The position numbers and the translations under genes are program-made. Below, one piece after another: positions 10,015-18,452 of a DNA stretch of 64,000 nt (position 1 is its first letter; every line of letters starts with the position of its first letter). This DNA comes from a virus: the IMG/VR virus record IMGVR_UViG_3300027844_002282. One strand, 5' to 3'. The notes below the pieces were generated by a model that saw only the letters and a program-made list of their open reading frames with translations, ran no database searches and was not told the DNA's origin.

Positions 10015-10956
10015 CTACATAAGACCGACAGTTGAATGTTGTGGGAACGTCAAGTCGCTAACTTCCTTGCCCCACCAATTAAGCCTTGCAGCCTTATATA
10101 TAGCGCTTCCCTTTTGGATAAATCCCATCTCTACATTTGAGACCATAGAATTCCATATATATCTAACCCTTCGCCTTAGAAGAGCTTGCTCTGTTGTCGA
10201 GTAAGAGAGGCCAGTTGGTCGATTGAGAACAAGCCTTGGAGGACCACTTAAAACTTGTGATATCGAAAAGTCTTCTTCAGTGTTGATCCTGTCCTGAAGC
10301 TCATAACGATAAGAAATATCATCGGTCCAGCCAGCTGTGTCTGCGACATGGATGTCAGTATCTCCGGCTGTGACATTTGCGGCGAGAAGGATTTCATCAT
10401 TAACGATGTCGAGATGGATCTTGTTAATGAATAAGTCAAAAATGTAATCGGCATATTTCTGCACAATTCTCGCGGCATTTTCATGTTCGTCAGACTTTGA
10501 ATAGATACTGACGACAACATTATGCTGAATTGAAAGCCCCCCTTGGATATACATCCATTCCATATCATTCATAGACTCTGGCTCAACAGTGATTGTGACA
10601 TCGGGGTTCGGTATGACTTCGCGATCCCCGAATAAAACGTCTTCATCACCAAGGGGAACATGCGCTATTGCTTTTTGGACCGTGGCAGTGTTTGCTACAG
10701 TGAAATCTGACTCTACAGGATTGACTACCCACAAAGTTGTGGTATCAACAACCTTTAGTATACTATGATACTCAATATGTCCATCTTGAATATCGATAAG
10801 AACTATTCCCTCAGCATCTCTGAATCTGAAAGTGCTGTCAACATTTACAACATTTGTCCCAGTCAGGGCGTCAGAGGCCAATACGGTTCTTGACCCCGCA
10901 TTTTTCCTTATGAAATCTATTATTGCATCAGCAACTTGTTCTAATGAGTGAACCAT
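10015..10956 (-). CDS. Tail completion/terminator-like protein with two inserted beta domains
   Basis: Lies between adaptor and tube; core segments ITVEPES, HNVVVSIY, YKAARLNW; two similar inserts (LASDALTGTNVVNVDS; LAANVTAGDTDIHVAD). Confidence 0.55.
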   Translation of the reverse strand: MVHSLEQVADAIIDFIRKNAGSRTVLASDALTGTNVVNVDSTFRFRDAEGIVLIDIQDGHIEYHSILKVVDTTTLWVVNPVESDFTVANTATVQKAIAHVPLGDEDVLFGDREVIPNPDVTITVEPESMNDMEWMYIQGGLSIQHNVVVSIYSKSDEHENAARIVQKYADYIFDLFINKIHLDIVNDEILLAANVTAGDTDIHVADTAGWTDDISYRYELQDRINTEEDFSISQVLSGPPRLVLNRPTGLSYSTTEQALLRRRVRYIWNSMVSNVEMGFIQKGSAIYKAARLNWWGKEVSDLTFPQHSTVGLM

Positions 10957-11192
10957 CTTGTAACCTTCCTATATAACACTGCTTCTTTCTTAGCTTTTTC
11001 ATAACCGTCTTTCGTCCGAATGTCGTTCTTTTTAGCCTCAAGCGGAGTGTCAGAAAGGCCCTGCGTAACCAGGGGTTCAATCCCATTTACGTCATCCATT
11101 CCTATCGATCCCTTACCGTCCAAGAATCCAGCGACCTTATTCTTAAGATCGCCCAAGACCATTGTGAAATCTGACAAAACTTCTTTTTCCAT
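10941..11192 (-). CDS. Hypothetical protein
   Basis: 83-aa ORF coupled to both neighbours. Confidence 0.6.
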   Translation of the reverse strand: MEKEVLSDFTMVLGDLKNKVAGFLDGKGSIGMDDVNGIEPLVTQGLSDTPLEAKKNDIRTKDGYEKAKKEAVLYRKVTRWFTH

Positions 11193-11193
11193 T

Positions 11194-11922
11194 TTAGTTC
11201 TCTAATGCTTGAGTAACATCCAAATTGTCGATAGACAGGCTTACCGCGTCAAACAATTGGGTTCTAACGAATCTTCTACTATTAAATTCTTGCCCAAGCA
11301 ATCTTATCTGCCCGGCCAAAACCCCATTCATGTCAACTGTAGCCAAATTTCTTAATCTTTTACCATAACCTGAAATATCTGGTGATTGATCCGCCACGAA
11401 TATTTTATCAAGGAGTAGCGAGCAAGCATATCTTGCTGCTATTAATGGAATAGGGTCTGGATACGTTATCATATGAACCATCCCATCGCTTCCTGCATCA
11501 TAGGCGTTTTGTGACGGGGCGCTCAGGGTGATATGATTGTAATTAACCACTGTAATTCCACCCTCAACAACGTTTTCAGGAATGGCTGATACGATACCCT
11601 TCTCTGAACCATTGGAGTCTTCTATCAAAACCGCCTCCCCAACCGCAAATCCACCAACGTCTGAAACGTTAACGTCAGTCGATGCTGGCAACATGTTAGC
11701 TATCAAGTCTGCGGTAACCTTTCTAATCTTTATAACAGGAACAACGTACACTTGTGACAACCGACTGTCTATAAACTGAGCCGCGAATCCAATATACTTG
11801 TTCGCCGTGCTTGTAGATATAGTATTTCCAGCTCTACTGGCCACAGTTGGTGTAGTGTTGTCCCCAATTGTAATATTCTTTGGGAGTAACTCCCTCATAT
11901 CTTGTATTGAACAATATGCCAT
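11194..11922 (-). CDS. Head-tail adaptor (Mu gp36/DUF1320-like)
   Basis: MAYCSIQDMRELLP N-terminus, A..FIDSRL...Y.VP core, P..I..IAARYA; carries an inserted beta domain. Confidence 0.7.
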   Translation of the reverse strand: MAYCSIQDMRELLPKNITIGDNTTPTVASRAGNTISTSTANKYIGFAAQFIDSRLSQVYVVPVIKIRKVTADLIANMLPASTDVNVSDVGGFAVGEAVLIEDSNGSEKGIVSAIPENVVEGGITVVNYNHITLSAPSQNAYDAGSDGMVHMITYPDPIPLIAARYACSLLLDKIFVADQSPDISGYGKRLRNLATVDMNGVLAGQIRLLGQEFNSRRFVRTQLFDAVSLSIDNLDVTQALEN

Positions 11923-12132
11923 TTAACTTCCGCTCCTTGTAACAATCATGGATGGGTATGGTGCCGATTTCTTTTTATTTGATGTTAAAATAGACATTTC
12001 ACTTTCCTTTTTACACTCTGGGCAAACAAATCTTATCGTTTGATCAATGAAATCCAACTCAATTCTCGACATTGATTCCAATTGCCCCTCCGTAACTGCA
12101 CTGCAAACTGCACATCTACAAATAAAAAGCAT
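11923..12132 (-). CDS. Small zinc-ribbon protein
   Basis: CAVC ... CPEC. Confidence 0.65.
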   Translation of the reverse strand: MLFICRCAVCSAVTEGQLESMSRIELDFIDQTIRFVCPECKKESEMSILTSNKKKSAPYPSMIVTRSGS

Positions 12133-12143
12133 TTATTCGCCCC

Positions 12144-12482
12144 TTATAGCTGGCCAAGTCCACGTAATGACCCGGTTGGTGGCAACGTGTTCTGCTCTTG
12201 AACCTTAGACTTGCACATCTCAAGAAGTTTGACCTGAACGCTTGTTAAAACATTGAGAAACTCTTCTGTCTGAGCCTTGTCGATATCGTTTGGCCCAGAG
12301 TTTGCAAACTCGTGCAAACTATCAACAGCCGTATTGATACTTTCGACGCAATTGAATAGCGGGGTCAAAGAACCTTTTCTCGTGTTCTTATCTTTTATAT
12401 CTTTCATGGCGATAATATCAAACGGGGACATGCCCTGCCCCTTCACGACAGCCACTTCTTGATTTTTTTGTGTATCACTCAT
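12144..12482 (-). CDS. Hypothetical protein
   Basis: 112-aa ORF with AGGAG RBS and upstream promoter motif. Confidence 0.65.
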   Translation of the reverse strand: MSDTQKNQEVAVVKGQGMSPFDIIAMKDIKDKNTRKGSLTPLFNCVESINTAVDSLHEFANSGPNDIDKAQTEEFLNVLTSVQVKLLEMCKSKVQEQNTLPPTGSLRGLGQL

Positions 12483-12520
12483 TTTTATCTCCTAAATTGG
12501 CGGTAAACAATCATTATTAT

Positions 12521-12548
12521 GTTCGACAATACTACCTAAACTCCCTTT
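12521..12548 (-). promoter_or_regulatory. AGG-N19-GAAC promoter-like motif
   Basis: Minus strand aaAGG gagtttaggtagtattgtc GAAC. Confidence 0.6.
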
Positions 12549-12588
12549 AATGATGTAAAATCTATCAAGCTATATATGGGGATTATAC

Positions 12589-12888
12589 ATGTCTAAAAAT
12601 AATAAAAAGAAACTAATGTCATCTGGGCTAATAAAATGCCCAATAGATGGAACGTATGAAGGCCCCTTGGTAAGACACCATATACATGGTAGAAAAGTTC
12701 GGAAATGGGACGATGATTGGAATATCGTGTTCGTGTCCCCAAATACACACCAATTAATACACGAAGGGTTGATCATTCTTGAAGGTTGGTTTCAGACCAC
12801 AAATGGAAGATCCCTCATGTGGCACAGGAAAGGCGAGGAATCACTCACGGGAAGAGACGCTAAGCCGCACCTTATTGAAAGGAAATAG
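12589..12888 (+). CDS. Small HNH endonuclease-like protein
   Basis: RHHIHG...NIVFVSPNTHQLIH fits HH...N...H...H. Confidence 0.7.
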   Translation: MSKNNKKKLMSSGLIKCPIDGTYEGPLVRHHIHGRKVRKWDDDWNIVFVSPNTHQLIHEGLIILEGWFQTTNGRSLMWHRKGEESLTGRDAKPHLIERK

Positions 12889-12905
12889 CCATTGTGTTAT
12901 GGAAT
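12878..12905 (+). promoter_or_regulatory. AGG-N19-GAAT promoter-like motif
   Basis: aaAGG aaatagccattgtgttatg GAAT, upstream of ATG 12942. Confidence 0.65.
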
Positions 12906-12941
12906 ATGTAATAAAATACAACCATAACAAAATGGTATCAA

Positions 12942-13233
12942 ATGAAAATAATTCAATTGTCAACTGGAAAAGAGGTTAAAGTTGCGGAATCTAGCGAGCC
13001 AATTGATACAACAGAATGGGTTGACTTTCCCGGTGGTAAAGTTAGGGTTATTTTACTCTTAAAACACACGCCCATATGGAGCGTTTGACTCTGAATCAAA
13101 AATGTATAAGGTTGTACTTCAAACCTCAAATGGTATGCCCCATCCCTCTCTCCCTCCGCCACCGCCTGAGACATTTAATATCGGAATAGCCCGCAGTACT
13201 TTCGACAGGTACAAAAGTGAAATAATGGGTTAG
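12942..13233 (+). pseudogene. Probable frameshifted small gene (about 96 aa if repaired)
   Basis: MKIIQLSTGKEVKVAESSEPIDTTEWVDFPGGKVRV... stops after 48 aa; the +1 frame continues ...RPYGAFDSESKMYKVVLQ...RYKSEIMG* to 13233; has its own promoter motif. Confidence 0.5.
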
Positions 13234-13244
13234 AAAGAATATTT

Positions 13245-13475
13245 TTAAGTCTTCTTAACAAAAAATTTTGCGTGCTCTCTTATAGATCTGGCTATTCTAT
13301 CATCATCATATATTTCTTTCAATATATACGACCACTCATCACTCATCTCTTCTTCTAATTCATAGCCTCTTTCGTTGAATTTTTCTTCCCACCACTCAAA
13401 AGGTTTGCAATTTATATGTTTAAAACCCTGTTGCCCAAGGGGCGCAGAAAACCAATGAACAGTATCTGAGGTGGA
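13245..13475 (-). pseudogene. C-terminal remnant of a class I SAM-dependent methyltransferase
   Basis: 76 codons preceded by TAG with no start at the 5' end: ...WFSAPLGQQGFKHINCKPFEWWEEKFNERGY..., matching the A-x-PGQ-x-G-x-x-HIN...W...F...GY tail of glycan-locus methyltransferases. Confidence 0.6.
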
Positions 13476-13566
13476 CTATATGATTTAGTCTCTCCGCATA
13501 ATTAAATAAAAAAAGGCGCTTTTACATCCCCCTTTTTATAAATTTCTGATTTATACAAGACTTCTT

Positions 13567-14667
13567 TCATGTTTGCTTTTCAAAAATAGCCTTCTTCATC
13601 TGTTCTTCTTGAACATGTTTCACTGGGATACACTTTTCACCGGCAAGCATGGCCTTAGAAAGCCTATGGTATCCATCAATAATCTTCCCGTTCTTTGCTC
13701 TAACCAATATTGGATTGCTAAAATCTGAAGTTCTTATCTTCTTCATATGATCAAAATATATTTCATCAAAGGATGGAGAACTCATAACTGACATCGGAGA
13801 GATCGGTCTTTCGCCCACAGCCCAGGCATCACCGTCATACAGCTGATCAGAAAGCTCTTTTATCTTTATTCGTCTAACGGCATTGCCATCAACTATACGA
13901 TTAAGGATCTCCATATCATATACGTAGTTCCCATCACTATAAACTTGCCCCTGAGTCCACGAGCTATCATCGGCAACTATTTTATTTATGACTACAGTCG
14001 CTGCTGTGGCGTCAACTTTTTCGTTCATTCTGTCTAACACGTGTCTGACTCCTGGATGTAATGTTTCTGGGGCATAATCTTGATCATGCCATTCGTGACC
14101 ATGAGATTCTGTTGCAAACTCAGGGGTTGTTCCCCCTTCAATTATTTGATTTAGGTCTTCTTTTTGATCATCGTCAAGGTTTACTATAAATGTTACATAT
14201 GGGATATTGTTCTCCCACTTCACATAACGTTTACTTGACTCATATTGGTCTTCAACACCATATGGAACTCCACCTATCTCTTCCTCCACCTCTTTCAATG
14301 CTGAGACCCATAATGTTTGAATAGAATTCTCATTCAATATCGGCTTTTCTTTTACAGATTGGTAACTCTTATCAATAATATTAGGATTCTCTCTTAAAAA
14401 CTTTTCAAGATCATCAGGGTTTACATCATAATGATTCATTAGTCTACCGCTAACGTTTCTGTGCTCAAGAATTACCGCTATCTTTTCTTCGTGAGACATG
14501 TCTTTAGAAAAGAAAAATTCCCCGTCTAATGCGCCACCTGGAACGCCCCATGTTCCTGAATCTTCTACAGCACCACGAAGTTGTAATAACATTTTCCCAT
14601 TGTTGACAAACATCACTCCAGACGCCATGGTGCCCCACATCAATGAAGCTGTTTTGTGTATTTTCAT
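13567..14667 (-). CDS. Nudix hydrolase + ParB/Srx-like domain fusion
   Basis: LLQLR...GTWGVPGG...ALKEVEEEIG (split Nudix box), LHPGV; C-terminal PILV...IIDGYHRL. Confidence 0.75.
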   Translation of the reverse strand: MKIHKTASLMWGTMASGVMFVNNGKMLLQLRGAVEDSGTWGVPGGALDGEFFFSKDMSHEEKIAVILEHRNVSGRLMNHYDVNPDDLEKFLRENPNIIDKSYQSVKEKPILNENSIQTLWVSALKEVEEEIGGVPYGVEDQYESSKRYVKWENNIPYVTFIVNLDDDQKEDLNQIIEGGTTPEFATESHGHEWHDQDYAPETLHPGVRHVLDRMNEKVDATAATVVINKIVADDSSWTQGQVYSDGNYVYDMEILNRIVDGNAVRRIKIKELSDQLYDGDAWAVGERPISPMSVMSSPSFDEIYFDHMKKIRTSDFSNPILVRAKNGKIIDGYHRLSKAMLAGEKCIPVKHVQEEQMKKAIFEKQT

Positions 14668-14669
14668 TA

Positions 14670-15686
14670 TTACCCTGTGGAGCTAACGTATAGATATCTG
14701 TACCAACGCGCACGACCACCAGGTAATGTGTATTCTGGAATAACAATCATTCCGATATTCGGCAACTTCTTCTTGATTCCTTCAGAGACTTCTTTCCAAA
14801 GTTCAAGGTATGATTGATATAATTCCCTAACAATATCTCTTGCGGAACTAAGCTGATCGCCAGTCCCAAAGATGATAGATCTTTCTTGCATTGACATGCC
14901 AAGCAAGACTCGTCTCAGAGCCAACACGGCGGCATATAGCAAAATGCCATATGACCATTCATATGGAATTTGTTCAATAGTTCTATACGACGAAACTGGA
15001 GGGATGGCATTTAGAGCCCCTATTCCCTGATCTAAAAATCCTGCTATTTCTTCTTTTGAGAAGTAAGCGAAATTGTAATGGGCATAAATCGTCTCATTTG
15101 AAGTGAATGGATCATCAAAGAATACGTTTCCGTTGTAATCTGGATACCACCCCTTACTTATGAGCTTTGATGAGTTCCTTATGGTCGGCCTCGGATCTTG
15201 ATTCCAATTCCCAAAAGCAAAATTGAACCTTTGAAGACTCGCGGTTCTCATCGCCTGTTCGCCATATACCGGAATATGCTGCACTTCATAGATGAAATAA
15301 TTAGCAAGGTCTCTGATAGCCCTTTCCATCAGATTTGTATACTTCTGAGATATTAATGAGGATGTAAAGTTTAGAGTCGAATCCTTTGGATGAATCTCAA
15401 AATGCGTGATTGCCTCAGAAGCAGCCGTGTCTCCAGAAAATGAATAAGTCCATTTATCATAATACTGACCAAGATCGGCGTCAATTGGGACAAAGTAATC
15501 AACGAAATAAATACCGGCGTTTTGCATCGTTGCTGTGATTGTAGTTATCGGATCGACGCCGTTCTGGTCAATGATCGTAACTACCGGTAGGTCAGGAAGT
15601 TCAGACAGGTTTCCAGATGTCTCGAACGTTCTGTAAAGTCTTACATTTTCATTCTGTAAAGCACTATATCTATCTTGGACAACCAT
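14670..15686 (-). CDS. Putative neck/head-completion virion protein with N-terminal Ig-like domain
   Basis: Beta-rich N-terminus (GIYFVDYFVP...GQYYDKW), helical adaptor-like C-terminus; position after the capsid module. Confidence 0.5.
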   Translation of the reverse strand: MVVQDRYSALQNENVRLYRTFETSGNLSELPDLPVVTIIDQNGVDPITTITATMQNAGIYFVDYFVPIDADLGQYYDKWTYSFSGDTAASEAITHFEIHPKDSTLNFTSSLISQKYTNLMERAIRDLANYFIYEVQHIPVYGEQAMRTASLQRFNFAFGNWNQDPRPTIRNSSKLISKGWYPDYNGNVFFDDPFTSNETIYAHYNFAYFSKEEIAGFLDQGIGALNAIPPVSSYRTIEQIPYEWSYGILLYAAVLALRRVLLGMSMQERSIIFGTGDQLSSARDIVRELYQSYLELWKEVSEGIKKKLPNIGMIVIPEYTLPGGRARWYRYLYVSSTG

Positions 15687-15717
15687 CTATATCTCCTAAT
15701 GGGTATTTAGGTTTAAT

Positions 15718-15745
15718 ATTAAGAAATACGAAGTTAAAACCCTTT
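15718..15745 (-). promoter_or_regulatory. AGG-N19-TAAT promoter-like motif (variant)
   Basis: Minus strand aaAGG gttttaacttcgtatttct TAAT. Confidence 0.5.
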
Positions 15746-17156
15746 ATTTACCATGCTTTTGGAGCGGCTTCCATATTTTGGATGTTGTTCCCGCCATCCT
15801 TGTTTGCTGTGAGGCCATCATCGCAGCGGATGGGGCTTCGCCAGTTGCTGGCATCCCCATCTCCTGTTGTGGGTTGGAGTTGATCATTCCAAGCATCGAA
15901 CTTTGTTCGTCCGCAGAGGACTCGTTAACATCATTTACGATCATAGCAGAAGGCCTTGAGGTCATTGCGTTGTCTCCTTGTGCATTCACCTGTCTATCGA
16001 ATATTGCGCCTTCCCCTGCGGTCGGAGTAACATCTACAGATCCAGTGGAAGCCCTTTCAATACCTTCCCCGTCCGGTCCCGTGTAAACAGGTAAGTGGCC
16101 AGGCCCAACATCATATCCGGCTTCCTGGTCGGCGGTTTCAGCCAAAACTCTTGCTTGCTCTGAATTTATGAACAATACCCACCCATTCAACAAGGCCCTT
16201 TGAAGGTCTGTGCTTTTCTTAAGCTTGAATAATGGGATTGAAGATAAATTACATGCTAAATTAGGTTTTAATGCTACGGCAATGTCATCGACACACAATT
16301 GACCAATTTCTTCTTTTGTTATAACATAAGCTGGCTTTGGAAGTTTGTATCTTTCAAGTTCCACGGCCTCTTGCTTAGTAAGGCGTCTTGACGTGTCAAT
16401 TTCTGGGATGTCACCCATTCCATCAATCACCTCGTTTAATTCTTCAATTGACATAATCGACGGAACCGGCTCTCTCACCTCTTGAACCTGTGGCACCGCT
16501 TCACCACTAGCCATTTGAGTCATCATATCCTTCATGGCCATCATTTGCTTTTGCATATCAATCAATTGAGCGTCCCTTGGGCCCAGCGGCTGGGCCTGTG
16601 GGGTTGGCTGTTGTGGAATAAACTGCTGTGGTTGGGCGACTGGAACTTGCAGCGGGGTTGGGGCCGGTGCCCATTCTGATGAGGACGGTAGCGGAGCGGG
16701 CTGGGTTGGCGGTGGGGTAATATCCTGCATAGTAGGAGGATTTGGTGCCATCGCCTGTCTAATCATTGGCTCTGGATTGGGCGATACTGGTGGTTCGAAC
16801 CCACCTGTCCCGCATAACGTTTGGATTGGAACCCCAAGCTCCTTTCCAACCTTATCTCGGATCTCATCGTATTCTTTCTCGACATGCGGAAGAGCGGGCT
16901 CTCTCGGCTGCTGCGCCGGGGCAACATCCTGACTAATTGAGCCTTCGACTGGCAATATCGTATCCAGTTCCAAGTTTAATGACATGGGACTAAGTGCGCC
17001 TAACATCGGACCAGAAACCCCTTCCTTAAATGAAGCGTCTATCACCGCTTTGTAAGCGCCCTCATCACCATTTATATTTGATATCCGAATTGTTAAATCG
17101 CTACCCTCAGATAAAAATGGCATTAATTTTTCAATTCTAACTGTAATTTCATACAT
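15744..17156 (-). CDS. Pro/Gln-rich hypothetical protein sharing a small domain with the adjacent GT4
   Basis: 470 aa, low-complexity PQ region; domain LCVDDIAVALKP...IP...LKKSTDLQRALLNGWV. Confidence 0.7.
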   Translation of the reverse strand: MYEITVRIEKLMPFLSEGSDLTIRISNINGDEGAYKAVIDASFKEGVSGPMLGALSPMSLNLELDTILPVEGSISQDVAPAQQPREPALPHVEKEYDEIRDKVGKELGVPIQTLCGTGGFEPPVSPNPEPMIRQAMAPNPPTMQDITPPPTQPAPLPSSSEWAPAPTPLQVPVAQPQQFIPQQPTPQAQPLGPRDAQLIDMQKQMMAMKDMMTQMASGEAVPQVQEVREPVPSIMSIEELNEVIDGMGDIPEIDTSRRLTKQEAVELERYKLPKPAYVITKEEIGQLCVDDIAVALKPNLACNLSSIPLFKLKKSTDLQRALLNGWVLFINSEQARVLAETADQEAGYDVGPGHLPVYTGPDGEGIERASTGSVDVTPTAGEGAIFDRQVNAQGDNAMTSRPSAMIVNDVNESSADEQSSMLGMINSNPQQEMGMPATGEAPSAAMMASQQTRMAGTTSKIWKPLQKHGK

Positions 17157-17159
17157 AAT

Positions 17160-18452
17160 TCACTGAGTCTCCGTTATTTTATTTAACTCAACAATCCTAT
17201 TATACACCCTTTCGGCTGACTTTTTCCAAGAATACCTTTCTACAAAAATGTCGCCAAACTCGATTGCTTTTCTTTTCGCCTCATCATAATTATTATACAC
17301 GTACCTCATTTTACTTGCGGCAACGTCTAAAGCGCCTTCTGTAAACCCAGAGAAAATTGAATCGTCATAAATGCTCGAAAGTCTACTCATAGAATAATGA
17401 GGTCTAACCCAGGTGTCTGGTGTTACAAGATAGGAATATTTATGATCAAGATATTCCATCTGACCAGTTGTGTAACTCCCAATAATTGGAATTCTACAAG
17501 CCGCCGCTTCTGAATACGGTAACCCCCATCCCTCGCCCCTTGACAACAATGAAAAAACATCTGCCGAACAATATACTGCGGGCATCACCTCTTCTGGAAT
17601 CAAAGCGTTTGAATGAACGATATGCGGCGGATCTACACCAACAATATCAGCAACCAAATGTTTTATGTCGCTATCATATATGTCTGTTCCATCAAGTGTA
17701 TGAATGACCAAAGAAACGTTCTTGTTTCCACTAAACGCTTTACAAAAAGCCTTTATCAAACAATCCCATCCCTTCCTCCAACTCCAACTTGAAATGGCTA
17801 AAAAGACAAACTCATTTGTTCCTGAAGTGTACTTAACCCTCTCTTTTACAGGCTTGTAAATCTTCTCATCAACGCCCAATGGCATAACTTTTATTTCCAC
17901 GTCAAGGTCAAGGTTTTCAAGAAGATTTTTATTCCAATTCGATGGTACCCAAATCTCGTTGTTCTGCCTTATGCCTTCTATAAAGTCCTCTGAAGAAAGG
18001 GATTGCGTCTCATTCATCATATAGTGAGTGACGTATTCGTCCTTATGAGTTGACTGAACAGCGCCGTAGATTACAGGTGAATTTTCCGGCACATCGCAGT
18101 GTCCGTCCCATGCTAATTCGAACGCTTCCTTGACTGAGATATCGATCTTTTTGATAAAACTGTATAGCTTTATATTCGCGCCTAAATCCCGCAAGTTTTG
18201 AACCATATACCTATTCATTTTTTGATATCCGGTATATTCAAAAACCCCACCAACCCATTTGCAAGATGGCTGATCTGGGTCGCTCTCGACCAGGTTGTCA
18301 TCTCTCATATACTTGTTACATCGAATGACAAACTTCAACAACTTATTTGATTCTGTAACAGAATCTGGACTTGTTAGAACACCGGATTCAACCTTATTTG
18401 GTCTTTTAGTAGACCCACATAAGGTTCTGCTTTCTATGTATATATCATCCAT
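17160..18452 (-). CDS. GT4-family glycosyltransferase (copy 3)
   Basis: IWVPSNWN, MPLGVD, RKGWDCLIKAF, SRGEGWGLPYSEAAAC (E-x7-E). Confidence 0.9.
   Translation of the reverse strand: MDDIYIESRTLCGSTKRPNKVESGVLTSPDSVTESNKLLKFVIRCNKYMRDDNLVESDPDQPSCKWVGGVFEYTGYQKMNRYMVQNLRDLGANIKLYSFIKKIDISVKEAFELAWDGHCDVPENSPVIYGAVQSTHKDEYVTHYMMNETQSLSSEDFIEGIRQNNEIWVPSNWNKNLLENLDLDVEIKVMPLGVDEKIYKPVKERVKYTSGTNEFVFLAISSWSWRKGWDCLIKAFCKAFSGNKNVSLVIHTLDGTDIYDSDIKHLVADIVGVDPPHIVHSNALIPEEVMPAVYCSADVFSLLSRGEGWGLPYSEAAACRIPIIGSYTTGQMEYLDHKYSYLVTPDTWVRPHYSMSRLSSIYDDSIFSGFTEGALDVAASKMRYVYNNYDEAKRKAIEFGDIFVERYSWKKSAERVYNRIVELNKITETQ

Noticed and set aside
6465-11922. Contractile tail sheath gene
   Set aside because: No sheath-sized or sheath-like ORF precedes the tube here; tail type cannot be settled from this window
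13503-13550. Terminator after the Nudix-ParB gene
   Set aside because: A/T runs are present but the GC stem is poorly paired
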